Below are positions 20,283-29,516 of a stretch of DNA of 64,000 nucleotides, piece by piece (position 1 is the first letter of the stretch; every line of letters starts with the position of its first letter). The DNA comes from a virus (Duplodnaviria > Caudoviricetes), in the IMG/VR virus record IMGVR_UViG_3300033120_001068, positions 25,023 through 89,022 of that record; one strand, 5' to 3'. Position numbers and translations under genes: made by a program. The notes below the pieces were generated by a model. That model saw only the letters and a program-made list of their open reading frames with translations, was not told the DNA's origin and searched no databases.

Positions 20283-20858
20283 ATGATTTTATATTATTCA
20301 GGTTCCTCAGCACCAAGTCAGTCTTCTAATTCTATAAAATCATTAGGAGGATATATTTCAGGAACTCAGATTCCTAACTCAAGTATTGGAAATTTATTTG
20401 GTCAATTGACACTAAGTTCAATTTTAAGAAATAGAAGAGATACCAAACTAATTGTTTTTAAAAATATTAGTTCAGAAACAAAAGTTTTTTCAATCTACAC
20501 AGAATTACCAGTTGATTCTTTATATAGATTAAAAATAGGAGTTTGCCTTCCTGCAGAAGACCCATGTGGAATTAAATACTTTGAACAAATAAATTCCTCT
20601 GACCAACTCCCTTATACTGCAATTTTACAAGAACATGAAGGGGTTGGAAATAAAATTGAAATGGGATCTCTTTCTCCTGGAAAAATTGTAGGTGTTTGGA
20701 TTACAAGAGAAGTACTTCCTGAAACCGTTCAGACTTATACTACAATGAGTACAGATGGAAATGTAACTGGTTGTACTGAGGAATCAATAAGTAAATTAGA
20801 AAACAGACTTTTAGAAAATAAGACAGTAGAACCAAAAATTATCATTTCTTGGAACTAA
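20283..20858 (+). CDS. Putative virion-associated protein
   Basis: SLGGYIS...NLFG motif at the end of the tail module. Confidence 0.4.
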   Translation: MILYYSGSSAPSQSSNSIKSLGGYISGTQIPNSSIGNLFGQLTLSSILRNRRDTKLIVFKNISSETKVFSIYTELPVDSLYRLKIGVCLPAEDPCGIKYFEQINSSDQLPYTAILQEHEGVGNKIEMGSLSPGKIVGVWITREVLPETVQTYTTMSTDGNVTGCTEESISKLENRLLENKTVEPKIIISWN

Positions 20859-20907
20859 TAATTTCAAAAAGAAACCTTATATTTAAAACCAACTTAAAAT
20901 CTATATA

Positions 20908-21213
20908 ATGAGAAGTTTAGTATTTACAGACCAAAACTCAACAATCAAAGTTGAGTATGTTACAGACATCATTGACCCTACTTCACAAAACTTTACTGTA
21001 ATGGAGGTGAAGGGAGAAGATACGGCATGGGAAAAGAAAAATTTACCTTTTAAAAAGGTTGAAACCAATGTACAATCCTTTGTAAAATTTGCCAAAGAAA
21101 ATGATTTAAAATTAACTTTGGTTGATTATCAAAAACCAATCTCAGATATCATTGTCTTGCAAGACTTTACTAATCAGTATTATAATGGAGGCCTAGGAAC
21201 AGATAATTTATAA
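20908..21213 (+). CDS. Hypothetical protein
   Basis: Intact ORF preceded by TATATTTA at 20878-20885. Confidence 0.6.
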   Translation: MRSLVFTDQNSTIKVEYVTDIIDPTSQNFTVMEVKGEDTAWEKKNLPFKKVETNVQSFVKFAKENDLKLTLVDYQKPISDIIVLQDFTNQYYNGGLGTDNL

Positions 21214-21269
21214 TTAAATTAGGTTTATTTAAATAAGGTTTATATATTTACTTATAACCCTTATTTAAA

Positions 21270-21903
21270 ATGGACTTAAATACTATTTCTAATTATCAAT
21301 CTATCATTTCAAGAACAAGGTTACTTGAAGGACAAGATACTTTTAACACCAGAAAATTAAATAAAATAGTTAATTCTTTTTTTATGAAAAACTCAACCAT
21401 TATAGAAATCTTAGATAAACCAGTTTCTCTTGATATAATTAAGTCTCTTGATGATTCTTCCTTAATTAAGTTACATAGTCTTTGTAAATCAAATCTTCAT
21501 TTAAACAACCTTAGAAATAAAAATAGGTTTGATTATGAACCAGTAGTTGCACAAGAAATAGTTTCAAGACAGAAAACTTGAAAGAATTGGAAATTTTTGA
21601 GAAAGGGAGGAGAAGGTTCTCGGGGAGGAAAGATAATTGGTCATACAAAATCTGGAAAGCCAATTTACAAAACATTATCTCACACTGGATTTAGTCCTAA
21701 GTATTCAGGGGGAATATCACATAAAAAATAAAAGAAGATTATTCTGCAGAAGATCACAAAGATGCAGCAGAAGCTTATCGCAAACAAGCAGAGTCTCTTA
21801 ATAAGGAAAACGACCCTTATGACCATGAAGGTGCAGCTAATCGTATAACTGCTTCTTTTCATGAAGGTCACCACAAAGAAAAAGAAATGAGGAAGAAAAA
21901 GTA
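21270..21903 (+). pseudogene. Frameshifted gene carrying GEGSRGGKIIGHTKSGKPIY and EDHKDAA motifs
   Basis: The ORF stops at TGA 21579-21581. Coherent coding continues if three single-base homopolymer indels are corrected (TT 21578-21579, GGG 21605-21607, A6 21723-21728), ending at TAA 21902-21904. Confidence 0.55.
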
Positions 21904-21924
21904 ATAATTAACCCCATTGAAATT

Positions 21925-21963
21925 AAAAATAAAGTAAGTATTAATATTTACTTTATTTTTTTT
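21925..21963 (+). terminator. Intrinsic terminator between the structural and replication modules
   Basis: AAAAATAAAGTAA / TTACTTTATTTTT hairpin with a T tract. Confidence 0.65.
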
Positions 21964-22003
21964 AACTAAAATTTATTTAATTTTATTAAATTAGTAAAAC
22001 TTC

Positions 22004-22573
22004 ATGGAAGATTTCTTAACTGAAAGAAACTTAAATAAAGGATACCAGTATTTTAATGGAAAACATTATAATACTAAGTTCACTCCTACTGAAAGTTCAA
22101 AAAAGATAGGGGAGAAATTTATTTTATTGTGTGATAAAAAACTTAAAGGAACTTTAAAAGTAGGGTTTCTTTATAAATACCTTTTATTTCAATTCTCTTA
22201 TTGGAATTCTTGTACCATTGAACAGTATAACAAAAGAGTAAATTATTCCTTCATTTATGGAGAGAAGGCCTTTAAAAGGTATTTAGAAAGGAATATTTCA
22301 ATGGACTTCTTATTGCATAGTGTAGATTTTCTTTATTTACAACAACTTAAGATTTCAGAAAGAGAATTTAAGCAATTATTCAAGACAAAATTAGTTAGGC
22401 AAACAAAAAGGGTTCCTTATAATAATCCTATAAGAAAAATTAGACTAAATACTGATTTAGGGTTATTTACTTGTAGTTCGAACTATTTATTTTTTACAGA
22501 ATTAGATGAGTCATGTAAAGTGTGTATTTTTAAAGAAGATTGTTTAACATTAAAAAAAGAAAACAACCTATAA
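22004..22573 (+). CDS. Hypothetical protein upstream of the helicase
   Basis: Intact ORF with C-terminal Cys residues (C...CKVC...C). Confidence 0.6.
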   Translation: MEDFLTERNLNKGYQYFNGKHYNTKFTPTESSKKIGEKFILLCDKKLKGTLKVGFLYKYLLFQFSYWNSCTIEQYNKRVNYSFIYGEKAFKRYLERNISMDFLLHSVDFLYLQQLKISEREFKQLFKTKLVRQTKRVPYNNPIRKIRLNTDLGLFTCSSNYLFFTELDESCKVCIFKEDCLTLKKENNL

Positions 22574-22576
22574 ACT

Positions 22577-23920
22577 ATGAAAGTTTTAACCAAAGATTTT
22601 GTTGTTGAATTGTTTAGTGCAATATTAAGAGATGAAAAAATATTGCTTATTTGTAAAGAGTATTTAAAATATCAGTATTTATATGATGATTCTCAAAAGA
22701 AAGTTTTCAAATACATAATAGAAACTTATACTTTGACAGGAGTAAGTCCTACAATTGGTGCAATAGGACAAACTTTTTCAATTGATGAAGAGACTCTAAA
22801 TTTTCTAACAAAAGTCAAAAAAGTTACAGTAACAAAAGATGATGTTGGAACACTTTTGTCTACTTTTGAAATTTTTATAAAAGACAGTAGATTTAGACTG
22901 CTTTATGATAAAATAACTGACTTATATAATGAAGGAAAAAAAGAAGGAGCAATTAAATACTTAGAAGAAGAATCTGCTTTAATAAGTTCCTTCTCATTGA
23001 AAGACAATACTTATACTACTGTTTTTAAAGGGTTTGCAGATAGACAAGAAAAAAGGATTAATAGTAGTGATGATATTTTACTGGAAAAACTGACTTTTGG
23101 AGTTCATGAGTTGGACGATTTAACAAGAGGAGGATTTAATAAAGGGACTTCAGTCTTATTGATGGCATTATCAGGAAAAGGAAAATCAACTTTTTTAAGA
23201 TGGATTGGTTTATGTAATGCTAGATTGGGTAGAAGAGTTGTTCATTTCCAAGCAGAAGGGACAGAACAAGATTGTCTAAATGCTTATGATGCTGGTTGGA
23301 CCTCAGTTAATATTTATGATATGGAAACTGGCAGTCTTCCATCTGATAAAAAAGACAAGATTTTAAAAGCACAAAGAGACATTTTAGCAACAGGAGGAGA
23401 GATTTATGTTTATGCAAGTGAGAGTTTTGATTCTATGTCTATTAATAAATGTAATGATGTTTTAGATGATATAGAAAAAATTCATGGACCAGTAGATTTA
23501 GTTATTTTTGACTACCTTGAAATTTTTACAGTAAAAGGGCAATATGGTTCCTCAGAGGCAAGTGAAAGAAAAAGGAGAGAAGAAATTTCTAATAAAATAA
23601 CTAATATTGCAGTTCAGAGAAAATGTGGGACAGTTGCTGCTACACAAGCTCAAGATATCTCAAAAGATAAAGTGGATAATGAAGAATTTGTCTTGACCAG
23701 AAATCATATTTCAGAATTTAAAGGGTGTGTAAAGCCTTTTTCTTACTTTATAACAATCAACCAAACCTCAGATGAGTATGAGTCTGAAATAATAAGACTG
23801 TATTGTGATAAGTTTAGAAAATACAAGTCAGGACAAGTTGTTAAAGCATTCCAGTCCTTGAGTAATGGAAGGTTCTATAATGCCATGAAAACTTTACAGT
23901 ACATTTATAAAGTAAAATAA
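22577..23920 (+). CDS. dnaB: Replicative DnaB-like helicase
   Basis: Walker A ALSGKGKST, VIFDYLE, AATQ and CDKFR motifs. Confidence 0.9.
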   Translation: MKVLTKDFVVELFSAILRDEKILLICKEYLKYQYLYDDSQKKVFKYIIETYTLTGVSPTIGAIGQTFSIDEETLNFLTKVKKVTVTKDDVGTLLSTFEIFIKDSRFRLLYDKITDLYNEGKKEGAIKYLEEESALISSFSLKDNTYTTVFKGFADRQEKRINSSDDILLEKLTFGVHELDDLTRGGFNKGTSVLLMALSGKGKSTFLRWIGLCNARLGRRVVHFQAEGTEQDCLNAYDAGWTSVNIYDMETGSLPSDKKDKILKAQRDILATGGEIYVYASESFDSMSINKCNDVLDDIEKIHGPVDLVIFDYLEIFTVKGQYGSSEASERKRREEISNKITNIAVQRKCGTVAATQAQDISKDKVDNEEFVLTRNHISEFKGCVKPFSYFITINQTSDEYESEIIRLYCDKFRKYKSGQVVKAFQSLSNGRFYNAMKTLQYIYKVK

Positions 23921-24919
23921 ATGAAACTTTCAAGACAAGAATTGGAAAAATTGATACAAGTAACTGGAACTGATTATTCCAAAAAGAATCTAACAGGAAA
24001 ATGTCCAAAATGTAACCAAAATGAGTTTGGAATCTCACTTGATGAAAATCACAAGTTTGGTTGTTATAGATTAAAGAAATGTGGTTTTTCAGGAAACATT
24101 TTTACTTTATTAAAATTCTTAGGCAAATTAGAGGAATATACAAAAGATGATTCTCGGTATAAAAACTCAATAGGTAAACTTATTTCAGGCATCCAAGAAC
24201 CAGAAAAAATTGTAGAAGAAGTACTCCTGCAAGAAGTATATAAACCAGTTGGTTGGAAAAGAATTTATTACCATGACTACCTTGAAAAAAGAGGATTTAC
24301 AAAAAAATACTATGAAAAATATTATATAGGCACAACTCACTTGGATCCCTATTTAAAAGATTTTTACATTATTATATTGATAGTCCAAAAAGGCTTAGTG
24401 GTTGGTTATGTTTCAAGACATATTTGGGATAAAAAACAAATTTTAGAACATAACAAGAAAAATCCTAAAAATCCAATTTTAAGATATAAAAACTCAACTT
24501 CTCAACTTTCTCTTTTCTTATATGGAATAGAAGAATGTAATAGTAATACTCACACTATAATTATAGTAGAAGGTTTCTTTGACAAGACAGTAACAGAAGA
24601 AATAGTAGGAGGAGAAGGAGTGGTGGTTTGTTGTACTTGGAAATGTGATATTAGTCCTTCTCAGATTGAGGACATTAAAAAAGTTAAAGGATTAAAAAAT
24701 ATCATTTTACTTTATGACCCTGATGTCTTGCAACAAGTAATAAGAACAGGAAATAAACTAAGTGATAGTTTCAATGAGCTTAACATTTATATAGGATGGA
24801 ATGAAAATGGGAATGACCCTGGTGATATGGATGAAAAAGAGTTTATAGAAGTGATAGATAATATGGAAAAGATAGAAAAATTTGCTTATAAAAAAATTAG
24901 TAAGAAAGAATTAAGATGA
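23921..24919 (+). CDS. dnaG: DNA primase (Zn finger plus TOPRIM)
   Basis: CPKC...CYRLKKC; VEGFFD; YDPD; DPGD. Confidence 0.9.
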   Translation: MKLSRQELEKLIQVTGTDYSKKNLTGKCPKCNQNEFGISLDENHKFGCYRLKKCGFSGNIFTLLKFLGKLEEYTKDDSRYKNSIGKLISGIQEPEKIVEEVLLQEVYKPVGWKRIYYHDYLEKRGFTKKYYEKYYIGTTHLDPYLKDFYIIILIVQKGLVVGYVSRHIWDKKQILEHNKKNPKNPILRYKNSTSQLSLFLYGIEECNSNTHTIIIVEGFFDKTVTEEIVGGEGVVVCCTWKCDISPSQIEDIKKVKGLKNIILLYDPDVLQQVIRTGNKLSDSFNELNIYIGWNENGNDPGDMDEKEFIEVIDNMEKIEKFAYKKISKKELR

Positions 24920-24947
24920 TTTTGTTAAAAAAAACTTATTTTAAAGT

Positions 24948-25430
24948 ATGGAACAGTTAGAAAAAAAGAAAACAAGGCATCTAACCACTTATGAATTTTT
25001 TGAAGCAATCCAAGTAGAATATATTTGTTGTCTATTAAGAAGTAAGATTTATAAGAAAGTTAGAGATAAGATTTATTGGTCAAAAGTAGCAGAAGGAAAA
25101 AAAGCAGTAATAGAAAGTATATCTTCAAGAAATGGAGATTTACCAACTATTTTCAGTGATAGTGACTTATTGCAAGCACTACAAAGAAGAGTTTACAATG
25201 ACAATGGTACTCCCTATTTTTCTTATAAAGACAAGGACCATAAATTGGTACAAGAATATTTTGATTTATTATACTACTACTCTCTTGGAAGTCAAGTTAG
25301 GTATGATGTTGGTTTAGGACTTCAAATTGGTAAAATTATATCTTATAAACCATTTTCTAAAACTATAACAGTTGAGACAAATGAAGAAAAGATTGACCTT
25401 GAAGTTTTTAAAGTAGTTAGAATTTTATAA
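24948..25430 (+). CDS. Hypothetical protein
   Basis: Intact ORF between primase and polymerase. Confidence 0.6.
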   Translation: MEQLEKKKTRHLTTYEFFEAIQVEYICCLLRSKIYKKVRDKIYWSKVAEGKKAVIESISSRNGDLPTIFSDSDLLQALQRRVYNDNGTPYFSYKDKDHKLVQEYFDLLYYYSLGSQVRYDVGLGLQIGKIISYKPFSKTITVETNEEKIDLEVFKVVRIL

Positions 25431-25475
25431 TTTTATTTAAAATAGTTTTATTTAAAAAAATAAACCTTATATTTA
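25431..25475 (+). promoter_or_regulatory. Copy of the phage promoter repeat (short variant)
   Basis: TTTTATTTAAAATAGTTTTATTTAAAAAAATAAACCTTATATTTAAA upstream of the polymerase. Confidence 0.6.
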
Positions 25476-25496
25476 AAAGGTTATTAAAAAAATCGT

Positions 25497-28400
25497 ATGT
25501 TAGAAATTGAGGAATTATTTCTCTCTTGGTGCCAGGAGAATTTAATTAAATTTGAAAAATTAGAAGAAAATATTTTCAATATTCCAAGTTTTGGTAAAAT
25601 ATATTTAGTAGGTAAAGACAGAAATGAAAGAGACAGTACATTAGATACTTCTATGAACTTACTTTTGACTGACTTTGAGTATGAGGATATTGATAAAAAA
25701 GATCCTGATTATTTAGTTTATAAGTTTGGAGATAGATTTTATTACACCGAAACTGTTCAATCTCAAAAATTAATTCCCTTTTTATATGTAGGCGAACCAG
25801 ATTTAGTTTTTGGTCCTATTGATTTTCCTTATCTTGGTATTCATTCAGGATTTGAACTTCTTTCAGGAAGTAGAAGATATAAGGATTATGTCCAAAAAAT
25901 AAAATGGTTAGGCAGTACAATGGCAGGAGTTTGTGAAGAAAATACTCTTTCAGGAGTTATTTCTTTTCAAGAACAATGTGAGAAAAAGGGAATAAAATCA
26001 ATTATTGGTGAAACTCTTTCTTTTTCATTAGTTGGTGATGAAATTAATAAAATTAAGTTCTATGTAAAAAATAAAGAAGGATGGACCAATTTACTTAAAA
26101 TTCATAGACTTGCAACTACTGTAAATAAATTTATTTTATACAAAAAAGATTTAGACTATGACTTACTAAAAGGATTAATAGTTGTAATTACACCAAGTAT
26201 TGAATGTAGTTTAAGAACTATTTATAACCATTTCATAAAGGTCTTAAACCATAATGATACTTATTTTCAATTAGATTTTACAGAATGGACTTCACAAGAT
26301 AGAGAAACTGCTTCCTTGTCAATTTTACAAGAATATATCTTGAATAAAGAAAACATTAAGTCAGTTCTTATAAATGATTATTACTACTTAGAAAAAGGAG
26401 ATTCTCATATAAAGAAAAAACTTGAATTTATAGGAGGAGGTGCTTTTAATTATTCTTCTAATGACCAATATTTAAAAAGTATTGACCAATATATTTTAGA
26501 ACCTTTAGAATTAATAGAAAATGAAGAGTTTGTCTATTCTTTAATTGTAGATGCTTTGACCAATACAATTGATGCTTTTAAAGACATTGATTTTAATATT
26601 TTGACAAAAAAATTCTACTTACCAAAATTTCCAGTTGAGGGAAATGATACACCTGAAAGTTTACTTCTTGGTTATATAAGAAAAGGGATGCAAGAGAAAG
26701 TTGAGCCTTATAAAACAAGTACACAATTAGTTGAGTATTGGGAAAGAGTAGAAAGAGAATTTGATGTAATAAGTAGGGGTGGTTTTATTGATTATTTTCT
26801 TATCTTAATTGACTTATATCAATTTGCAGACAGAGAAGGAATATGGTATGGTATTGGAAGAGGGTCTTCTGCAGGATGTTTAATATCTTATTTAACTGGC
26901 ATTGTAGGTGTAGATCCTATAAAGTATGACTTGTTCTTTGAAAGGTTCTTGAATGAAGGGAGACTTGGTAAATCTTTGCCTGATATTGATACTGATTGGC
27001 AAGGAAGTAGAAGAGAAGAAATAAAAAAATATTTAGAACATAAATATGGAAGTGACCAAGTAATAGGAATTGGTACTTATGGTACATTTAGACTAAGAAA
27101 TGCTTTTAGAGATGTAGCAAGAGCAAGTGGTATTGATATTGCAACTATAAATTTGGTTTCAAAGAATCTTCCTGATACTGGTCAAAGGCAAGGAAGAGAC
27201 CATTTTTATTGGGAACTTTTTCAATATTGCAGTTCAAGTATATTTTATGCTTTTTTACAGAAGTATCCTAATGTCTTAGAAGATATTTATCTGGTTTTAA
27301 TGCAACCAAAAAATGCTTCAACTCATGCAGCAGGGGTGGTAATTACTCCAATAGAATTTGGAAAATCTTATGAGCAACTCCCCGTAAAACTCATGGATGG
27401 TCAACCAGTATCAGAATGGGAGGGAGTTTTTGTAGATGAGGCAGGGTTTTTAAAAATAGATATTTTAGGAATTAAGCAATTAGATAAACTTGCAGACATT
27501 TCTAAAATGATATTTGAGAGATATTCAAAAAATATAACTTTTAATGATATTGAGTTAGATGACCTTGAAGTATTTGAAAAGTTTAAGGGAGGATGGAATG
27601 AAGATGTCTTCCAATTGCAAGGAGTTGGTTTAAAAGGGTATTCAAAAGATCTTCAGCCTGATAACATTGAAGATATTATAGCAACTGTTGCTTTATATAG
27701 ACCAGGACCAATAGAAAGTGGCTCACATTTGAAGTATATTAAAAGAAAAAATGGAATTGAAGACATTGAGTTTTATCCAGGTATTGAAGAAATAACTAAA
27801 AGAACCTATGGTCTTGTGGTTTATCAAGAGCAAGTTATGCAGATATGCCAAAAACTTGCAGATTTCACATTAGTGGAAGCAGATGATATTAGAAAAGCAA
27901 TGGGTAAGATGAAACCTGAGTTAGTTAGTGAGTACAAAATTATTTTCATGAAAAGAGTTAAAGAAAATGGTTATTCTGAAATTCTAATGGAAAGATTATG
28001 GGAGGAAATGGCAGCCTTTGCTAAATATGCCTTTAACCGTTCTCATGCTGTCTGTTATGCAATTACGGGGTATTATTGTCAATGGTTTAAAGTTTATTAT
28101 CCATTAGAATTTTGGACCATTTCTTTACAGTATTCAAATGATGATGAAAGACCAAGTAGATTAACAGAAATTTATAAAACTTCTACTATTAAAATAAAAT
28201 CAGTTGATATTAATTATAGTTCAGTAGGGTTTAGGTCTGAGGTTAAAACAAATACTATTTACTGGTCCTTGGTGTCTGTTAAGTTTGTGGGAGAGAAAGT
28301 AGTTGAAGGTATTTTTGAAGAAAGAGAAAAAGGAGGATTATTTTATTCTTTTGAAGAATTTTTAAGTAGAATAAAAAAATATTCCTCAGTAAATAAGAGA

Positions 28401-28949
28401 GCAATAACAAACCTTATAATCTGTGGAGCTTTTGATGAAATTGAAAAAATAAATGAACCTCAGGAAAGGTTTAGATTGTTTGACCAATTACATGGGAATG
28501 AAATAAAAGAAGATTTAAAGGAACTTAGGCTTTCAGACAACCACACCTGGGCTTTAAAAGAATATGATTTAACAGGATTTGGTTTCTTTGACTTTGAAAA
28601 ATTAATAGTAAAATCAACTTTATTCTCTAAAATTTCTTCTTATAAAACTAATCAAGAAATTCTTGAAAATGAAGAATTTATAGAACAACTAACTCATGTC
28701 TTGGTTGCAGGGTTATTAGTTGGTTTTGTTGAAAGGGAATCTAAAAATGGTAAGTTTTGTGAACTTCAATTAAGAGACAATACTGACTTACTTTACATCA
28801 CTGTATGGTCTGATTTTTATGATACAGAAATAATGAATGAAAAAAACATAGGAAAAACCATACTTTTTTATGGTCAAGTTACTTATGATACTTATAAAAA
28901 AAGCAATGTACTGCACAGTTGTAAAAAAACAAAAATTGACTTAATATGA
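25497..28949 (+). CDS. dnaE: DNA polymerase III alpha subunit (family C)
   Basis: PHP domain; GRGSSAGCLISY; FERFLNEGR; PDIDTD; YRPGP; FNRSHA; C-terminal OB fold. Confidence 0.95.
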   Translation: MLEIEELFLSWCQENLIKFEKLEENIFNIPSFGKIYLVGKDRNERDSTLDTSMNLLLTDFEYEDIDKKDPDYLVYKFGDRFYYTETVQSQKLIPFLYVGEPDLVFGPIDFPYLGIHSGFELLSGSRRYKDYVQKIKWLGSTMAGVCEENTLSGVISFQEQCEKKGIKSIIGETLSFSLVGDEINKIKFYVKNKEGWTNLLKIHRLATTVNKFILYKKDLDYDLLKGLIVVITPSIECSLRTIYNHFIKVLNHNDTYFQLDFTEWTSQDRETASLSILQEYILNKENIKSVLINDYYYLEKGDSHIKKKLEFIGGGAFNYSSNDQYLKSIDQYILEPLELIENEEFVYSLIVDALTNTIDAFKDIDFNILTKKFYLPKFPVEGNDTPESLLLGYIRKGMQEKVEPYKTSTQLVEYWERVEREFDVISRGGFIDYFLILIDLYQFADREGIWYGIGRGSSAGCLISYLTGIVGVDPIKYDLFFERFLNEGRLGKSLPDIDTDWQGSRREEIKKYLEHKYGSDQVIGIGTYGTFRLRNAFRDVARASGIDIATINLVSKNLPDTGQRQGRDHFYWELFQYCSSSIFYAFLQKYPNVLEDIYLVLMQPKNASTHAAGVVITPIEFGKSYEQLPVKLMDGQPVSEWEGVFVDEAGFLKIDILGIKQLDKLADISKMIFERYSKNITFNDIELDDLEVFEKFKGGWNEDVFQLQGVGLKGYSKDLQPDNIEDIIATVALYRPGPIESGSHLKYIKRKNGIEDIEFYPGIEEITKRTYGLVVYQEQVMQICQKLADFTLVEADDIRKAMGKMKPELVSEYKIIFMKRVKENGYSEILMERLWEEMAAFAKYAFNRSHAVCYAITGYYCQWFKVYYPLEFWTISLQYSNDDERPSRLTEIYKTSTIKIKSVDINYSSVGFRSEVKTNTIYWSLVSVKFVGEKVVEGIFEEREKGGLFYSFEEFLSRIKKYSSVNKRAITNLIICGAFDEIEKINEPQERFRLFDQLHGNEIKEDLKELRLSDNHTWALKEYDLTGFGFFDFEKLIVKSTLFSKISSYKTNQEILENEEFIEQLTHVLVAGLLVGFVERESKNGKFCELQLRDNTDLLYITVWSDFYDTEIMNEKNIGKTILFYGQVTYDTYKKSNVLHSCKKTKIDLI

Positions 28950-29422
28950 CCAACCAAATTAAAACCAAAGCACCTAAACAGGTGGTTGTTAGACAAATCT
29001 CAGAAGGGATTGTAACCAATGATAAAAAGACAACTTATAAAAAAATACTTTTCAAATGCCTTGCAGGGAATGACTGGTTGATGTATGTTAGAAAGGATTA
29101 TGGGAGATATCTTTATGACTCAATAAAAGTAGGAGATATTTATACCAATGTTCAACTTTCTGATAAAGGGTCAAGAGTGAATCAACTTAGTTCAAAATTG
29201 AATACCCCATTAGGTAATACTAAAGATTGGATTGATGAAGGACATAAAGGAAGTGGTGTGCACTGTTATAGACATTCTGAAAAACCAGAAAAAACTATTC
29301 TTATAATACCAAAAACTGATAATCCAGGATTTAAGTTAGTTATTTTTCAAGATGGTTCCAATATTATTCCATATACTTTGAGTAAGGTTGAAATATTGAA
29401 TAAATTTTGTATTTTTTTATAA
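28946..29422 (+). CDS. Hypothetical protein
   Basis: Intact ORF with a 4 bp overlap. Confidence 0.55.
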   Translation: MTNQIKTKAPKQVVVRQISEGIVTNDKKTTYKKILFKCLAGNDWLMYVRKDYGRYLYDSIKVGDIYTNVQLSDKGSRVNQLSSKLNTPLGNTKDWIDEGHKGSGVHCYRHSEKPEKTILIIPKTDNPGFKLVIFQDGSNIIPYTLSKVEILNKFCIFL

Positions 29423-29496
29423 TTTTTTATTTAAAATACTTTTATTTAAATAAACTTTAATTATATTTATACTAACAACTCAAACACAAATAAAAA
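29423..29496 (+). promoter_or_regulatory. Phage promoter repeat copy (identical to 53243-53316)
   Basis: 74 bp containing the palindrome TTTATTTAAATAAA, TATATTTA and AACTCAAAC. Confidence 0.8.
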
Positions 29497-29516
29497 CTCA
29501 AACAAAAACTGAACCC

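Noticed and set aside
1-20858. Extracellular contractile injection system or tailocin
   Set aside because: The tail genes are contiguous with terminase, a replisome and lytic-phage accessory genes.
21579-21581. Genome-wide stop-codon reassignment suggested by the in-frame motif after TGA
   Set aside because: TAA, TAG and TGA all end conserved genes at the expected places, and long ORFs are intact under the standard code.
25497-28949. Inteins or introns in the polymerase, helicases or terminase
   Set aside because: Motif spacing is normal; no C/S...HN splice junctions or split frames were seen.
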